A stretch of DNA of 63,783 nucleotides, the filler included, from Intoshia linei (lineage: Eukaryota; Animalia; Orthonectida): NCBI GenBank assembly GCA_001642005.1. It is 6 parts of 6 records of this genome, joined end to end, with 100 filler letters (N's around TTAATTAATTAA, not from the genome) between each part and the next. Parts side by side here need not be neighbours in the genome. Positions count along the whole stretch, not along the records: positions 11,392 to 33,261 come from LWCA01000619.1; 5 more parts are not named here. The stretch is one strand, 5' to 3'. Of the stretch, positions 11,392-25,995 are shown piece by piece. The notes below the pieces were generated by a model. It was given only the letters and a program-made list of their open reading frames with translations. It searched no databases and was not told the DNA's origin. A program made the position numbers and the translations under genes. Positions within the stretch are counted from its first letter, which is position 1, and each line of letters starts with the position of its first letter.

Positions 11392-12029
11392 TTGTTATTC
11401 TTGAACATGTGTATCTTTTTTGAACTGTTTTTTGTATACTATATTCAAATTCTCCAGTGTTAATCGGTTATGATTCCACATTTAAATATTAAAATACTCA
11501 GTTATGAAATTTAAATTATAAAAGAAGGCTTTTCACTAAACTAAAAAAAGTAAAAGTCTGTCCGTTACCTTCAAAATAAGGCGGTCACGTTGGCAAAAAC
11601 TTCAGTAGTCTCAGTAGAAATTAACTAACGAATTAATCAAAAATATATAAAAATTACCACTGCAATAACTATAAAGATTATGCTTAGAACTTTGGCCATA
11701 TTATTTCTGTAAAACTATTTTGGGTATACAATACAAATGTTGTATGTAAAAAAAATAAATATTTGTACAGTGGTAATTCGAGTATAAATACATAATAAAT
11801 TTCTACAGTAATTCTAATAACTAAGGTTTTTGACGTGGTAACTATGCTTCAAGATTCGTGGACCCAATAATATCGAATCATTGTATAATTACTTGTATTG
11901 TATAAGTATTATCAGATTCGTCAATTATCATGAAAATTGATTAATTTTCGCAATACTGATTAGTCAGCATTTGGAGCTAGCAATCTTTTTATGTGATATG
12001 TACGATATTACAGCATAAGCAAAAAATGT

Positions 12030-12600
12030 GCTATAGATGAATTTCTTTTTGCAAATTATTTAAAAATGGATTCAAAAGGACAAACCATTTTTGAATATTT
12101 CAAAAATTATCTATATTTGCATGAAATTCATGTTAAGGAAATATAAAAGTTTCTCAGCATTAATAAAAAATTTTATTCCAAACGCTATTATTGTAGATTG
12201 TGTGTTGCACCGTCAACACCTCGTATCCTAAAACCTTAATAAAGTTCTCCATAGAACCTTAAATGTATGTATACGAGTTATAAACAAAATTAAATCCAAT
12301 CCTTTGAATGCTAGGCTTTTTAACAATTTATTAGAACATAATAATGAACATTTTAATAAGCTTCTCTTTCATACTGAGGTCAGGTTGCTATCAAGAGGAA
12401 ATTGTCTCCAAAGGTTTGTAGAAGTATTTGAATCAGTATTAATATTTTTAAAGGAAACAAACAATACACTCTACTACGAGCTTTTATCAAATAAAATTAA
12501 TATTTTTTATATGGCAGACATTTTTATGAAGTTCAATGAAACTAAAAAAAAATGTAAGAAAAAGATGTAACTCTTATTGACACAAAAACATTCATTATGA
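12030..12600 (+). pseudogene. Decayed hAT (Buster/Charlie, ZBED8-like) transposase fragment
   Basis: DCVLHRQHLV and LLFHTEVRLLSRGNCLQRF motifs, interrupted by stops and frameshifts. Confidence 0.85.
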
Positions 12601-12669
12601 GCAAAGCCGTTTTAAGGCATGGGCATTATGGGCTGTAGCCCAGGGCCCCTCATTAAAAAAGGGCCATTA

Positions 12670-12800
12670 TATAGGCCTGTATTGTCTATTCAAGCGACAA
12701 GTGTGGAAGCCGAAAGAACATTTTCATCAGTTTGTCTATTTCTAACTAAAATTAGATCTAGGCTTTCAGATGAAAATATTGATGCAAAATGTTTTTAAAA
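12670..12800 (+). pseudogene. hAT C-terminal dimerisation domain fragment
   Basis: LLSIQATSVEAERTFSSVCLFLTKIRSRLSDENIDAKCF followed by a stop. Confidence 0.8.
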
Positions 12801-13859
12801 AAATTTTTTAAAGATGTCTAATAAATTTTAACCGGTTATGAAATTTTAACGGTTATTTGTCATCCCTAGTTTTTAAGTACCCTCTTCAGCGTGGTATAGA
12901 GTATTTTCAACAAAAATCAATTTTTGTAAAAAACGAACAGCCGTAATATACATATACGTCATATATGTATATTACAAATAATGTTTGCATCTAATTATTT
13001 CAACATAAAATTTAAATTCTAAATGAAAACAAACTGTTCACATAAATTTACATATACACATTTATCCAATGCACAAATAATGATGTACATGTTTATTTAG
13101 TAACCTATAAATGAACTAAAATCCATTCAATTTAAATTTTAAATACTAAAACTATATTAATATACTAAATATATTAACACTTTTATTTTTGATTGTAACA
13201 CTATATGTCAAAAAGTTTAAACCAATCTATAATATCTACCACGGAATTACACATTCAAGAGACATTTAATATACATATTTTTTACTGAAACATTATTATA
13301 CTGTACATTAAATGTTAAAATTAAATTAAATTATAATTTTATTATTGTAGTCATTTTATGTAATAAATTTTTAAATTACACTTATAGTGATTATAATGAT
13401 TATAGGAAGGGTTTTTTATATATCGACGGATTGTGCGATGATCGCGTTCTAAATTTGAAGCTATTTCATTTATAGATATTCCGTTATCCAACATCAACAG
13501 TAAGTAATGTTGGTTTACTCATAATTATCTTAAATTTTGATTAGCATAATAATTTGGCACACTAAAAATTATCCAAAAATATAAAATGCTAAATAGAATG
13601 CTTTTTTGAAAACGTGATAAATTTTTTTGTCACAGTAAAGTTATATATGATCAATGCTTAAATTATGATAAAAAATTAATAGAATTAAGTGACAACTTTT
13701 TTAATTATTAATGTTTTTAATCGTTGCATAATAACTTGTAACGCGTGTATATTATATACACCATATACAGTGTGCCATTATTTTTTTTATTTCATATAAA
13801 AAGAATAATGAGGACCATACATGGATATAAACAAAATTTAACTTTTTGATAAAATTACT

Positions 13860-14248
13860 GGTGTTAACAGGATACAACTGTACCACCTGTATATTTTTTC
13901 AAATTCTAGGATAGTTTTCATTAAAAAAAGAAGAGTAATTTGGGATTTTGGCCCTGAAGATATAATTTTTTTAAATTTAAACTTATGATAATGTTTGTGA
14001 TTTTAAAATTTGTATCAGCGTATATATTTTATTAAATTGTCCAACTCGTTTGATTTTCAAAAAGAGGGACAATTGGGGTTTTTGACCCGTAAGATGTAAG
14101 TTTGGAGGTTGGAATTTATCTTATTATACGTCCCGGAAAAAACTGTAAATGAAATGTGGACTTTTTAAATTCTAAGACTGTTAGTTATTTCAATAAAGTG
14201 GAACACACACACAAACAAAAAGCGCGTAGCATATTATATAAGTTAGGA
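13860..14248 (-). mobile_element. Non-autonomous Helitron, 5' portion
   Basis: Minus strand begins TCCTAACTTATATAATATGCTACGCG..(TG)n, the same 5' end as the copy at 41369. Confidence 0.8.
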
Positions 14249-15389
14249 TTAAGTTGTTTCCTTATAATTTCTAAAATCGAAAGATTTGTATTACAATGGA
14301 TGAAAATGTTCAATTGATGATAATTTTTCAATAGCGCGATTTTTGGCGTTGTCTAGTGTAATGTAAAAAGCAAACATTCAAACATTTAATGTTTATATCG
14401 GTGGTACCAATATACACAGTACTTCAACTAAAAGATTGACATCATTATATTGATTCAGGTGATTAAATAAACTTGATAAAATAAACACAAACATATATTA
14501 TACATAATAATATTATGCAGCAAAAAATTCAAATTCAAGGAGATGGTAATTTTTGTTTGTTTATTACATTTTGTATGTAGTGGGACAATGAAAATGTGAT
14601 AAAATATTTTTCTGCCTCGTTAATAAGCTCTAACGTACATTTATTATCATTGATACATGTAATTGCAAAAAAATGTTATTTGTCTGAATTTATGAATGAA
14701 TGGACATTACATTGATATTTAAAATTAATTTGTATAAATGTATTGGATATGAATAGTTTTAAAAGACATAATAGTCCTATACTCCTGTAAATTTGTATTT
14801 CGACTTTTTTACTTGTAAATATTTTTCAGTTCAACTCGGTACATACAAGACTTTTTTAATTCTGCCAAAAAATAAATTCAATAATAAAATCTTAAATAAT
14901 AAATGATATAATTATTATTAAACAATAAAATGGTGCCTAAATTTGATTGATTTGATTGGGCAAATTGAGTTTTTGACCGGAAATGACTCCATAATATCAC
15001 CCACAAAAAAACATATTAGAAATTGAGTTTTTTAAGCGTTACGACTGTATAGTTTCGTTGTTAGTAAAACTACACTTTTGTATCTAGGCTTAATTGTATC
15101 CATTTCAATATTTTAGTGAAAACTGATTTGAGGTTAAATTAACTCGAGCAGAATTAATGTAAAAGTGCAATATTGTAAGTCAAAATTAATTTGGGTTAAT
15201 TTACAGTTATCAAAATCAGTATCTGATATTTAAATTTATGATAAACAATCTCTTGGAAAAACTTCATAATTTATGTTTTTTAAATTTCTTAGACTATTAG
15301 TTTTTAAAATAAATAGTTACAAACCGACATACATTGACTTTTTTATAAAATTATCTTGAATCTTGTTGCTAAAACTTAATCTATTTTAG

Positions 15390-18300
15390 ATTTTACTCCA
15401 AAAGCTTACAAGGATGACTTTAAACCTTTTACCGATGTAACATACATTAAACGAAACAGTAGATATAGTCGATATCCGTCTGGTTGGTCCATGTCATTTG
15501 TAGAATATAAATACAATGATTATGAAGCCGTATATATTTATTCATTACATTTTATTATAATAATTATATTATTTTACTTTAAAAAGAATATAATTGTGTA
15601 TTTATTATAGCTGGAAAAGTATAAATTAATATCTGCTGAATGTATGGTTAAAAAAACGCTCTATGAAGATCCTACTTTTAAAATTAAGCAAAATCTTCCA
15701 AAGAATATACTTCATAAAAATATAAAATTTATGAGACCACATGTAATTTTTAATTAGCATTAATGATCTATCCAATATAATCATTAAGTATTATAATACA
15801 AACCAATTCCTGAAGAATAAAATTAAAATTTTTGTAATTAATAATTCGTTAATGTATGTTAATTACTGCATTACTAGTTAACCGGTGCACCGGTGCAATA
15901 ACCTGTAGCCAGAATTTACCCTAGAACAACCTTATATTTTAAATTTAGGAATTATGTGATAATCCAAAAATGACTGAAGGAGGTATCGACATAAAAAATG
16001 TTCAATTGGGATCATTAGGTATATAATTAAATGGAAATTAGTACAAATGAACATTTTTATATTAATTTTAGGGACATACTGGGTTCTATCATCGATAACA
16101 AACTTAGATGGTATATTTACTACTATTAATGCTAATAAAATGAAATTTTTAATATTTTTAGAATGTATGAGTAACACGACAAACATTAATGCAGAACTTG
16201 GAAAATCAGTGAACGGAGTGTTTGATAAAAACATTACAGAATCGTATTGTGGTGCACTTGTATTCGTTTTTCATTGGATTGATACTAAATGTTCTGTAGT
16301 AATAGATGACCGTATACCTGTTTATGATGAAAATGAAAAAAACAAAGGAAAAATGCGCAAGAAAAAGTCTAAACCTGTTTATAAACCTCTTTACCTACAC
16401 TCTAAAATAGGAAATGAATTTTGGATGTGCTTACTCGAAAAAGCTTTGATGGCGTAGTATTTTTGATGATTAATACTATAATATACAATATTTCGGGTTT
16501 GAACTTTTACCGTCGTGTGTTAGTCCTCTGTGTGTATTTTGATTTCCTTATATAAAATTGTACAATTTTGATGATGATTACTTTTCGTTTTAACTTTTAA
16601 GTTTTTATTTTTAATTCCAAAATTTGTTCAAAATAGTAGGTGATGAAATGACGTTTTGACCGGTAAAATGCAAATTTCTGAGATTTATTTTTATAGAATA
16701 AAGAGAATAAAGAGAATAGGAAAAGACACATATAATTTGTGTTTTTTCAAATTTTAGAACCTTAGTATTGAATAATTTATTAACACCTAATTTTATGAGG
16801 GATGAATATTTAATTTATTACCTTAAAATTATTTTTAAATTAAAATGTTACATTGATCATACCAATCAGTGTTATGTAAGCATATGAATGCTAATTTCTT
16901 TTAAATAAGGCGTAGAATTTTCATCTGACATAACTTCACCTTTGGCTCTCTACCACTGACACGTTGACCAAATAAATATAATAATCGATATCAACAACTG
17001 CTATTTAATTTTATTATATAGAATGCATGGAAAATACCAGTATATCCACAATGGGCAAACAAAATACTACAACCACATGCTTAGTGGTCAATTATATTTT
17101 AACATTTCCGCTAACGATCTTATTGCAAAATGCATGGGATACAAAGTTAGAAATATGGATGACAGTAAAATGTTGAACACATTGAAATCTTATGGCGTTT
17201 CCGTCCAACCTTCAATTTCAGACAATTATAATTTTGAAAGTTTACACTATGTACTTAATTACTTGAAACAAGCTATAGATGAAAATTTCATCGTTTTTGG
17301 AGGAAAATTTGTAATTTAATAATACGTTAATATTATATAATACAAATTAAACTACCAAATTTAAATATTTTAGATAAAAGAATATCAAGAAATAATTCAC
17401 GAAGAAGAGAAATATGGAATATTAAAGACTGGTATAGCATATCAAATAAATCGAATAATTCCGGTATATTCAAAACATTAATAAATTTATTTATTTTAGG
17501 CAGAAATTGACGGTAAAATTTTGTATATAATTGGTGTCAAAAATCCATTGATTGAATCACTTATTATTGATGATGATCTTTCTGAAACAAATAACGGTCA
17601 CAATGACAATATTTGGTCCAAATTGTCATCGCATATTCAAGTTTTGTTTAAAGATATTCCCAAACAAAGCAGATATCAATTGTAAATTTAAATATGTATA
17701 TTATTATCAGAGTCGAACATAACAAGCTCTAGATCACACGAAAATAAAAAGTAGGTCTCCAATTTTTTTACAGGCGATGCGTAGTGTCATATAGCCCCTT
17801 GTAACCTATCCAAAGCAATGAAATTAAGATTTTAAATTTAATACACAAAATAGTTATGATATTCAAGGATATATTTTTTTAATCCTCAATTTGGAAAAAT
17901 GAGGCCCCATTTTACTTTTTTTATGTGATATAGATTTAAAGTGTACACATTTCATATTTCGACCAAAAATAAATTTCTTTAAATGTATTAATATCTTTTA
18001 CCAACGTAAAATAGTATATATACAGGTGTATGTTACCGTTTATTTTAAAAATTAACAGTCGTAGAGTTTAAAAAACTCAATTTCTAATATAGTTTTTCGT
18101 GGGTGATATTTTTATGTTTATGTCTAAGTTTTATTTCCTGAAATTGAGTAATTTAGTGTCAAAAACCCAATTTTTCCTTTTTTAGGAACCAGTTCTTCAA
18201 AGATTGGTTATAGTGAATATTATCATTTTTATGTAAGATTTTATTATTTAATTTATTTTTTGGCAGAATTAAAAAATTCCCCCTCGGCAGAGCTAGGTGC

Positions 18301-21300
18301 TGTTTGTATGAAGTACATAACAATCAATCTAGTTATAAATAGCGCGTACACCACTCTGCGTTATGCTATCAAAAGTTTTTATATATCTTTCAAACAAAGT
18401 TTTCCAATTATTGATAAAATAATTAACATTACTGTTAATAACTTTTAATGATATTGCAATTGTGTATATGGTATATACCGTTTGAAAAATTGGGTTGTAT
18501 TGTGTCAAAAAAGACTAAAATGTTTTACTTTAATTTTGTTAATAAATTCTATGAAAACCACAATTTTATCAAGTCGGGTTCGAAAATAGTTCAATTAAAC
18601 ACTTTTTTATTTATTTAAAATTTAACATGGAAATAAACTTATTTAAACAAGGATTTTTAAAGACAAATCCACGTTTAAGGTTCGATTAAAATTAATTAAC
18701 ATATATTAATTTTTGATTAGATTTCCTCATTATAAATTTTTTTTGTACATGGATCAAATTCAATTAACACAGTATAAAATGGAATATCAAATCAACAAAA
18801 CTGTTTCTTTTTTACCAGAAAGATCGAATGGAGGAAATATATGTCTAAAAAGTAATTTTAAAAGACTTTTGTACGAATGATCGGGTAAATCCAATTTATT
18901 AATCATTATTAATATTAACCCGTAATATAGTTATTTTACAGTGATACATTACATATAGCAGATGTAATTTTTTATAAATCAAAATTTGAAAGTGGTCTTG
19001 GCTAAATTACTCGATGTAATTAAAGATTGGAGTTTTTGGATGTTAGTTATCAAGTATGATTAAATTTTTGAATCCCTATTTATCAAATGGAAACTTTGCC
19101 CAAAATGTATGTCTCTCTGTGTATTCATTAATTGAGAAAACTAGATTACCATAAATTTCAAAAACAAAAATCTTTTTTTTCCGGTGCAGAAAGCAAAATA
19201 AATTTCAAATTCAATAGTTTTATTAAATTTTCCCTTTAAATGTAAATAACAGGTTGTACAATGTGTCCATTAATTATCACCAGTGCACTGGCCACACAAA
19301 ACGTTTCGGAAGGCTTCATTCTTCATATAAATAATATAATTAAATGCATAAAATTTTCCCAACATTGACATGAGTTTCCAGAGCCGTACTTACAGTTCTC
19401 CGAGGTCCTCTTCGGGTTGACGTAATTTTTCCAAATTGAGTATTTAAAAAAATTATATTCTTAAATATAATGACTATTTTGTGTGATACATTTAAAAGGT
19501 TAATTTAAGTTTCGAGGAAAGTGAGTAGAGTCTATATGACACTACACATCGTTTAAGAAAAATTTCAGTCTATTTTTATTTTTGAGGGCCTCGAACTTGG
19601 TAGGTTCAATCTGTGAGTAACATAAAAATTTTATTTATTTTCGAAATACAATGTATCTTATTTGATAATACAGTCAGACTTGTGGATAGTGAACATTTGG
19701 TTCCGAATTATTTTAATGTTCACTATAAAAAAATAATGAACAATGAAAATGACAGTGAAATAAAACAAAGAAATGAAAATAATTAACATTATTAATCATG
19801 AATCTAAGTTTATTTTCTATATAATCAGTTAAGTTCACTATCTAAATGGTTCACTATCAACAAGTCTGACTGTATTTACATTCAAGTTAAATTGTTTAAT
19901 ATTTAGCCTACTATTTAAATCCACGATTTGAATTAACTGTAAAAGAAAATAACGGCAGCATAATAATAATATATTTCAACCAACTTAGAAGTAGAGATGA
20001 AAAAAAAAAGTTTACATCAACCCCAATTTCATTACACGTATTTCCTGTAATATACTTCAAGTCTTACTTAATATTTATTTCATTATAGTACCAATCTGAA
20101 AATGATACATATAGCCTAGAAAACAATATTTATGTCGAAAACTATTCAAACGACTCTATAAATGAATATTTATGCATGTTACCTAAAGGCAGATATGTTG
20201 TTATATGTTCAATTTGGCAACCCACTTTTTGCGGTGACGCAATAATTCAAATTCAGTCTGGATACGGAATTAATTTTGTGTATTGATATCGCCATTAGTT
20301 TAACACAATGGTTTCTAATTGGGGTCCATGCACTCTCTGGTCCGTGAGATTCAAATAAAATATACAAAAAAAATTTATTAACTTTTGAAAATTACAGTTT
20401 TACCAACCTTCAAGGGAAAAATCCACTTTTACAAACCCCTAAGGAAAAATCCAAATTTTACTAACCCTTATGGGAAAACTTACTTTTACCAACCTTTAAT
20501 GGAAAAATCGAGTTTTACCTACCCTTATAGGAATAATCCACTTTTACCAACATTTAATTGAAAAATCGAGTTTTTGTTTTTAAATTTTATTATCCACTCA
20601 GACCCAAGTTAAAACTGAAATATTAAAATACCATATTATACCTACAAAAAATATTACAAAAAAATTAGAAATATTCTATGATGTTGACACCGGAGAATAT
20701 TTTTTTATGAAAACAAATAGAATGTAATTATGGCAATAGTAGAGTATTGTAATATATTTTAAGAAAACATTTTTTGTCAGTTTTAATTTATACAGAACAT
20801 TCAATTAAAATACTGACAGTATATTTAAAGTACTGACACCTTGTCAACTGGCACCTAAAACACTGAAAATCCATTATATCAACCGAAAATTCAATATTTA
20901 TACTGACAAACCATTTAAAATACTGACACTTTACGGATTAAAACACTAACGCGATAAATACTAGCCATTTTAATACGAAAATTTTTTTGTTTATTTATCA
21001 GTAAGTAAGTATTAAAGCGTTTATAACTTGTTTATCGATAATCTTTCTATTTGAGAACCTTATTTTGTTTTTTTGTGATATTGAGTTTTGATGGGATACT
21101 CCGCAATTCTGTAAAACTGGATTTTTCCCTTACAGGTTGGTAAAATTAGAATTTTCCTTTTAGAGTTGGTAAAACTGAATTTTTTCAGTTAGTGTTGGTT
21201 AATTTTGATTTGTAGTAAAAATAGTTGGATTTTAGTAGACACCCCAAAAGTTTAATATTAGTACAGAGTTGCCAGATTTTTGCAATTATACCATTTCAAA

Positions 21301-24300
21301 TCTTCAGTGAAAAATCGAATTTTACCGATATTTTTTTTATAATCAGATTTTACCAAACCTTATGAGAAAAATCCATACAATCAAAGCTCAAAATAAAAAA
21401 TCCTTTTTTTTCAATATTTTTCTTAAAGACATAATTTTACTAAATCTTATGAGAAAATTCCAACTCCAAAATAAAATCCAATTTTATCAATATATTTTTA
21501 TTTCGGGGGAAATATTCTCTTTTTTCTGTATTTTTTTGAAAAATCCGATTTTATATTACCTTAATTGAAAAAATCCCCTTTTTCCAATATTTTTTTGAAA
21601 AACAGGATTTTATCAAATCTTATTAGATAAAACCTTTAATTTTTTCATAAATTTTTTATATGTCATGTTTCCTGACATGAAATGCTTGTAAGGCTCAAAA
21701 AAAATAAATAGTTGGAAATGGGGTCGGTAAAATGATTTTAATCGGTAAACACTGGTCTAACATAATGTCACTGCAGTGGTTTTTTAAATTTTTTTAAGAA
21801 ATTATTACTAGGTATTGGAACCTAGTTCAAATCTGAGTAATATTTTTGATTGAAATGAAAATCGAATATGAAATTATCCTGTCACCCATATTAAAAACCA
21901 CTGTCATAAGTAATTCAGTTTTAATTTAGTTTTTAGTGAATATTCACCGAAAACTGCTATTGAGATTTGTCCAGATTTAATGAAAGATATCAAAGTAAAA
22001 TAATTATATAATATAATTTAAATTAATCGTACTCTATTTACAGCATTTTAGATGACTGGAACATTTGAAAATCAACTAAAAATAGATTTTGCAAAAATGT
22101 TCACCAATCGTCACTATATTGGAGCAAATGAATTGGGGATATTTTTGAAAAGATTGGACATTTTGAAAAAAAAATGTAAACATTATCATTATATTATTCT
22201 ACTACATGTAGCTAGTCTGTGTTTTATCGCGTACAAAAGTAGCTGACTTTGCCGAAGTTGTAAGTTTTCACGGATTTTAATAAATAATTCGAATTCTTAA
22301 AGAAACCCAATTTTATATTGCATTTAAAATTATTAGAATTTTGAAAAAAGCAAACGTAGAAGAATTATAAAAATATTGATTATTTGGCTCTATGTGACTA
22401 ACTCAGATATCCAAAATGAAATAATTATTAATTTTTAAGATAAATACGCTAATATTAACGATATAATTACCTAAAAGTAAAATATAAATCACACCCTTAA
22501 TTAAAGGGGGTTTTTTACCAAAATCAAAGATATTCGTATTGTTCTGCAACAAATACAAATGTAAAACTGCGCTCATTACTTACATTATATATAATTTCTA
22601 ATATTAAAAAAATGGTGCAAAACCAATAATTCTAATGTAGATTAATTTTGAAATTACACATTTAGATATGCAAGAAGATATCACCAAAATTACAAAATCT
22701 TTAATTGATGAACACGCGGTAATATAACTATTTACATAATAATGTAGTATCAAAGTAGTGCGGGATGCATTCTTGTGTTTCAGAAGATGAAATTATTAAA
22801 ATTTGCCGATCTCTCAAATTAGCATGCGTATGTTTTAAAATAAATTATAACAAAAATTAAAAAAGATCACATATTACAAGTTTATTACTCTAATTCATTG
22901 GTTCTGAAAATTGGAGCACCCACCCTTAGTTTCATTTCATATGATACTTTCACTTTTAAAATTGAAATTGAAATGTAACATACATTTAGATATATTTATA
23001 TCCACCCTGTTTTATTAAAGACTAGCTTGTTTTTTTGTACTACGTACAAGTAGCAAGCTCAGCAGGGCGGATGCTTCAATATATATTTTTTAAACATCCA
23101 TATTAAATAATACGCTTTCGATGATAAGGTGCATATTTCTCAAATTTAAATAACTAATAAGCAGTATATAGGCAAAAAAAGCAATATTTGAATTTGTGTT
23201 TTTTTAATTTTAAGACTCTTAGTTTTTTAATTAAATGGTTACACAAATATGATAAATATACAATTATTCAATTTGATAAAAGTATGATTTTATTATCTAT
23301 TTTTAACTTTTTTAATTTAATATGAAAAAAATTTTATTGGCCCGTTTAAGGTGTTTTTTCAGTTAATTTTAGTAGCAGTTACGCTGGTAACGCCCTATAT
23401 CATGAATCATGATTCATTAATTTTAAAATTATTAAAAATTACATTCAGAGTATCCTCGAAAAGCAAAAATTTAGTCCAAATGGTTTAAAAATGTATGAAT
23501 ACAGAGAAGCTCTTCAAGAATATGGTAATTTTAATGTTATATTTATCAATTTTTGAAGGCATTTATATGAGTCATGGTTTATTTGGAAAACTTAGCAAAA
23601 TATATCAAAACCAATATGGCCGTATTGATTACAATGTAGGAATTGAATGTCTATGTCGCTTATTTCACGTCACGAGTAAAAATATTAATTTAAATAAAAA
23701 CACTAAAAATATCTACAATGTAAATCAGTGTTTTTCAACCATTTTTCCATTGGGTACACTTGGACGAAATTAAAAAAATTTGGTGACAAGCAATTTTAAT
23801 TTAAGAAATTAAAAAGTAGAAATTTTATATTTTTAGGATGCATACTGAAAATCTTTACTATATCTTTGGTATCATTATACCAATATATAGTTTTAATATA
23901 TATTAATATAGTTTTAGTATTATAATATAGGAAAATCTTATAATTTAATTATTATATAATTTAATGTAAGATTAAGATAAATGTAAAAATTTGTCGAAAA
24001 AATCTGATTTAACTGAGCCTCTGTAAAATGGTATAGTTACTGTATACCTCGTTTTCAATTTTTAGTTATGTACAATGTACACTGTAAATCTAAAATTTGC
24101 TGGCACGCCGTTTAAGAAACACTGATGTGCATTATAGACTAAATTATATAAATAATTCTTAATATATTCAATATTTTTTAAATTAAAAAAAATAATAATT
24201 TAGGTATATGATTAATAATGTGTAATAAAATTAAATTAGATACATTCACAACATTTTCGGATAGAACTGATAGTATTTCGTTAAATTTTAATAAGGTAAT

Positions 24301-24360
24301 ATATCTAACAAAATATACTTTAATAATTTTTACATTTAGTTTATGATTTTGTCATTATAA
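15390..24360 (+). CDS. Classical-type calpain (CysPc-CBSW-PEF), predicted catalytically inactive; 5' end uncertain (possible exon near 14515)
   Basis: Phase-consistent exons give LYEDPTF..FMRPHELCDNP..QLGSLGTYWVL, VVIDDRIPV, NEFWMCLLEKA, KNP, YYLNPRFEL, LPKGRYVVICS, and PEF segments IGANELGIFL, MYEYREALQEYG, IDYNVGIECLCRL. Terminal exons 24240-24295 and 24340-24360 end SISLNFNKFMILSL*. Confidence 0.88.
19671..19872. mobile_element. Tc1/mariner (pogo-like) MITE in calpain intron
   Basis: TIRs CAGTCAGACTTGT(G/T)GATAGTGAAC with TA flanks on both sides. Confidence 0.85.
20395..21243. mobile_element. Foldback-like element with inverted ~30-bp minisatellite arms (partial copy)
   Basis: Left arm tandem TTTTACCAACCCTTA..GGAAAAATCCA, right arm its reverse complement, right terminus ...GTTGGATTTTAGTAGACAC shared with 40164-40719. 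Confidence 0.7.
21264..21754. mobile_element. hAT-type non-autonomous element with degenerate ~30-bp repeats
   Basis: Ends CAGAGTTGCC / GGTAAACACTG. A related segment lies in the opposite orientation at about 26063-26520. Confidence 0.5.
23726..24124. mobile_element. hAT (Charlie-like) MITE in calpain intron
   Basis: TIRs CAGTGTTT / AAACACTG; 8-bp flanks ATGTAAAT and ATGTGCAT (6/8). Confidence 0.7.
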
Positions 24361-24429
24361 TGTCATTTTATTTAATAAATTAATGTTTAATATATTGCAG
24401 TTGTCTTTGTACGGTTGAAACACCATTAA
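24224..24429. repeat. Direct duplicate of 26684-26885 (calpain last two exons plus SMC2 last codons)
   Basis: About 200 bp alignable at an offset of about 2460 bp, including identical TTGCAGTTGTCTTTGTACGGTTGAAACACCATTAA. Confidence 0.92.
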
Positions 24430-24962
24430 ACTTACTTACTTACTAATTTACGTACTTATTTTTTATAATCAAAAATTATTAATTTTTGAAGTATTTACTG
24501 CAGTGATCATAGCCCCAAATACATTTATAGTTTGATTCACACTGCATTGGATCTACGTGACATTCACATTGTTCTTAAAATATTTATTATATTCATTAAT
24601 AATGAATCATTATGAATTTACCATAATGATTCTTAACCTTTAGCATCTCACGAGTCGTGAGTCACAACCCCTCATGACCTTCACTGATTGTAATTAATTA
24701 TTAAAATAATTAATCAATAAGTCTTAAAATATGAGTACTAGATGTTATTACATACTAAAAAAAATAAAATATTAATATTTACAATATAATGTCGCGGCAG
24801 ATTAAGCACCAAGTCATCGCACATCCTATAAATTCTCTTTTGTATAAATGTTAGGGTAAAATAGATTTTATCAACATTCAATCAATTCGGTTGACAAAGG
24901 TCACTTTTTTCAAACATTTTTTATGCATAGTATTTCATGATAGTGACGTGATTTATAAATTA

Positions 24963-25842
24963 CTAGGTTGACTGTTATGTACTACGTACAAACAGCACCA
25001 AGCTCTGCCGAGGGTACATTTTAATTATACGAAAAAAATAAATTCACGTTGAAAATCTAAATTAAAAATCCTACTATTAACTATTATCAATCCTTTAAAG
25101 GAGTGGTTCCCAAATTTTTGTCAGGTGGAACCATCATATCACATTACTTTTTACTTTAAACTGAATTATTCCAACTTAATTTTTCGTTTGTTAATATTTG
25201 CGTAAGGAATTTTAAAAACAATTTTTATCCCAATTGTTTTAATTTATTAGACGGAATGTGTGTATAATATTAAAAATAGAGTATAAACAGTCCAATCCTA
25301 AAAATTGTCATAAATAGCATATTCAGTACCAATTTAATGATAATAATAAAGTGAAATCATTAACGGTCCGAAAATTAAAAAAAAAAGATAGTGATGAATA
25401 TTATAGAGCTTATTCCAGTTGATATAAATACAAAATTTTAATCCCAGAAATGTACGTATTCCCGCTGAAAAATAATTTTTAATATTATCAACCAATATTT
25501 TTCAAATATTTCGATTAAAATAAAAATTTAAAATGTAAATATTGATCCTACAATTTTAAAAATAAAGTGCAATGAACGTCTACACATTTCCAATAAAGAA
25601 ATATGGGTGAAAATCTACATAATTCATTCCTTCGGAATTTTTTTTATTGCTACGCAATTTTTAAATTTCAAATTTTTATTTTCAAAATATTTTGAATACA
25701 AATTTAAATAAAAACTAAACAATGAAACTAAAAAACTCTTTTAATATCATTTTTATATTGATTACAATCCTTTGCAATATTGATAAAATTCGACGGTAAG
25801 TTTATAAAGTAAAGATTCGGTTAATTATTGATACATAATTAC
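24963..25842. mobile_element. Rearranged Helitron copy (3' end on minus strand joined to internal segment on plus strand)
   Basis: 24963 to about 25330 matches the reverse complement of about 42320-42747. About 25330-25842 matches about 41810-42300 directly. Confidence 0.75.
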
Positions 25843-25856
25843 TATGACTAATAATA

Positions 25857-25995
25857 AACATAACGACTATATTAAATTCAAATATGACCATATTAAATGC
25901 AAACATGACTATATTAAATACAAACATGACTATATTAAATACAAACATGACTATATTAAATACAAACATGACCTACTTTTGTGCAAACATGAGTA
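25857..25995. repeat. 21-bp tandem minisatellite, about 6 units
   Basis: Unit AAACATGACTATATTAAATAC; translates as KHDYIKY repeats. Confidence 0.9.

Noticed and set aside
18852-18864. Apparent 13-nt intron or +1 frameshift in calpain (GTAATTTTAAAAG)
   Set aside because: Donor 18852 joins in phase to the exon at about 19907 (TYYLNPRF), which matches calpain better.
23500-23509. TACAGAGAAG, a U6/METTL16-like motif
   Set aside because: Falls in calpain coding sequence (EYREA) with no U6 context or evident hairpin.
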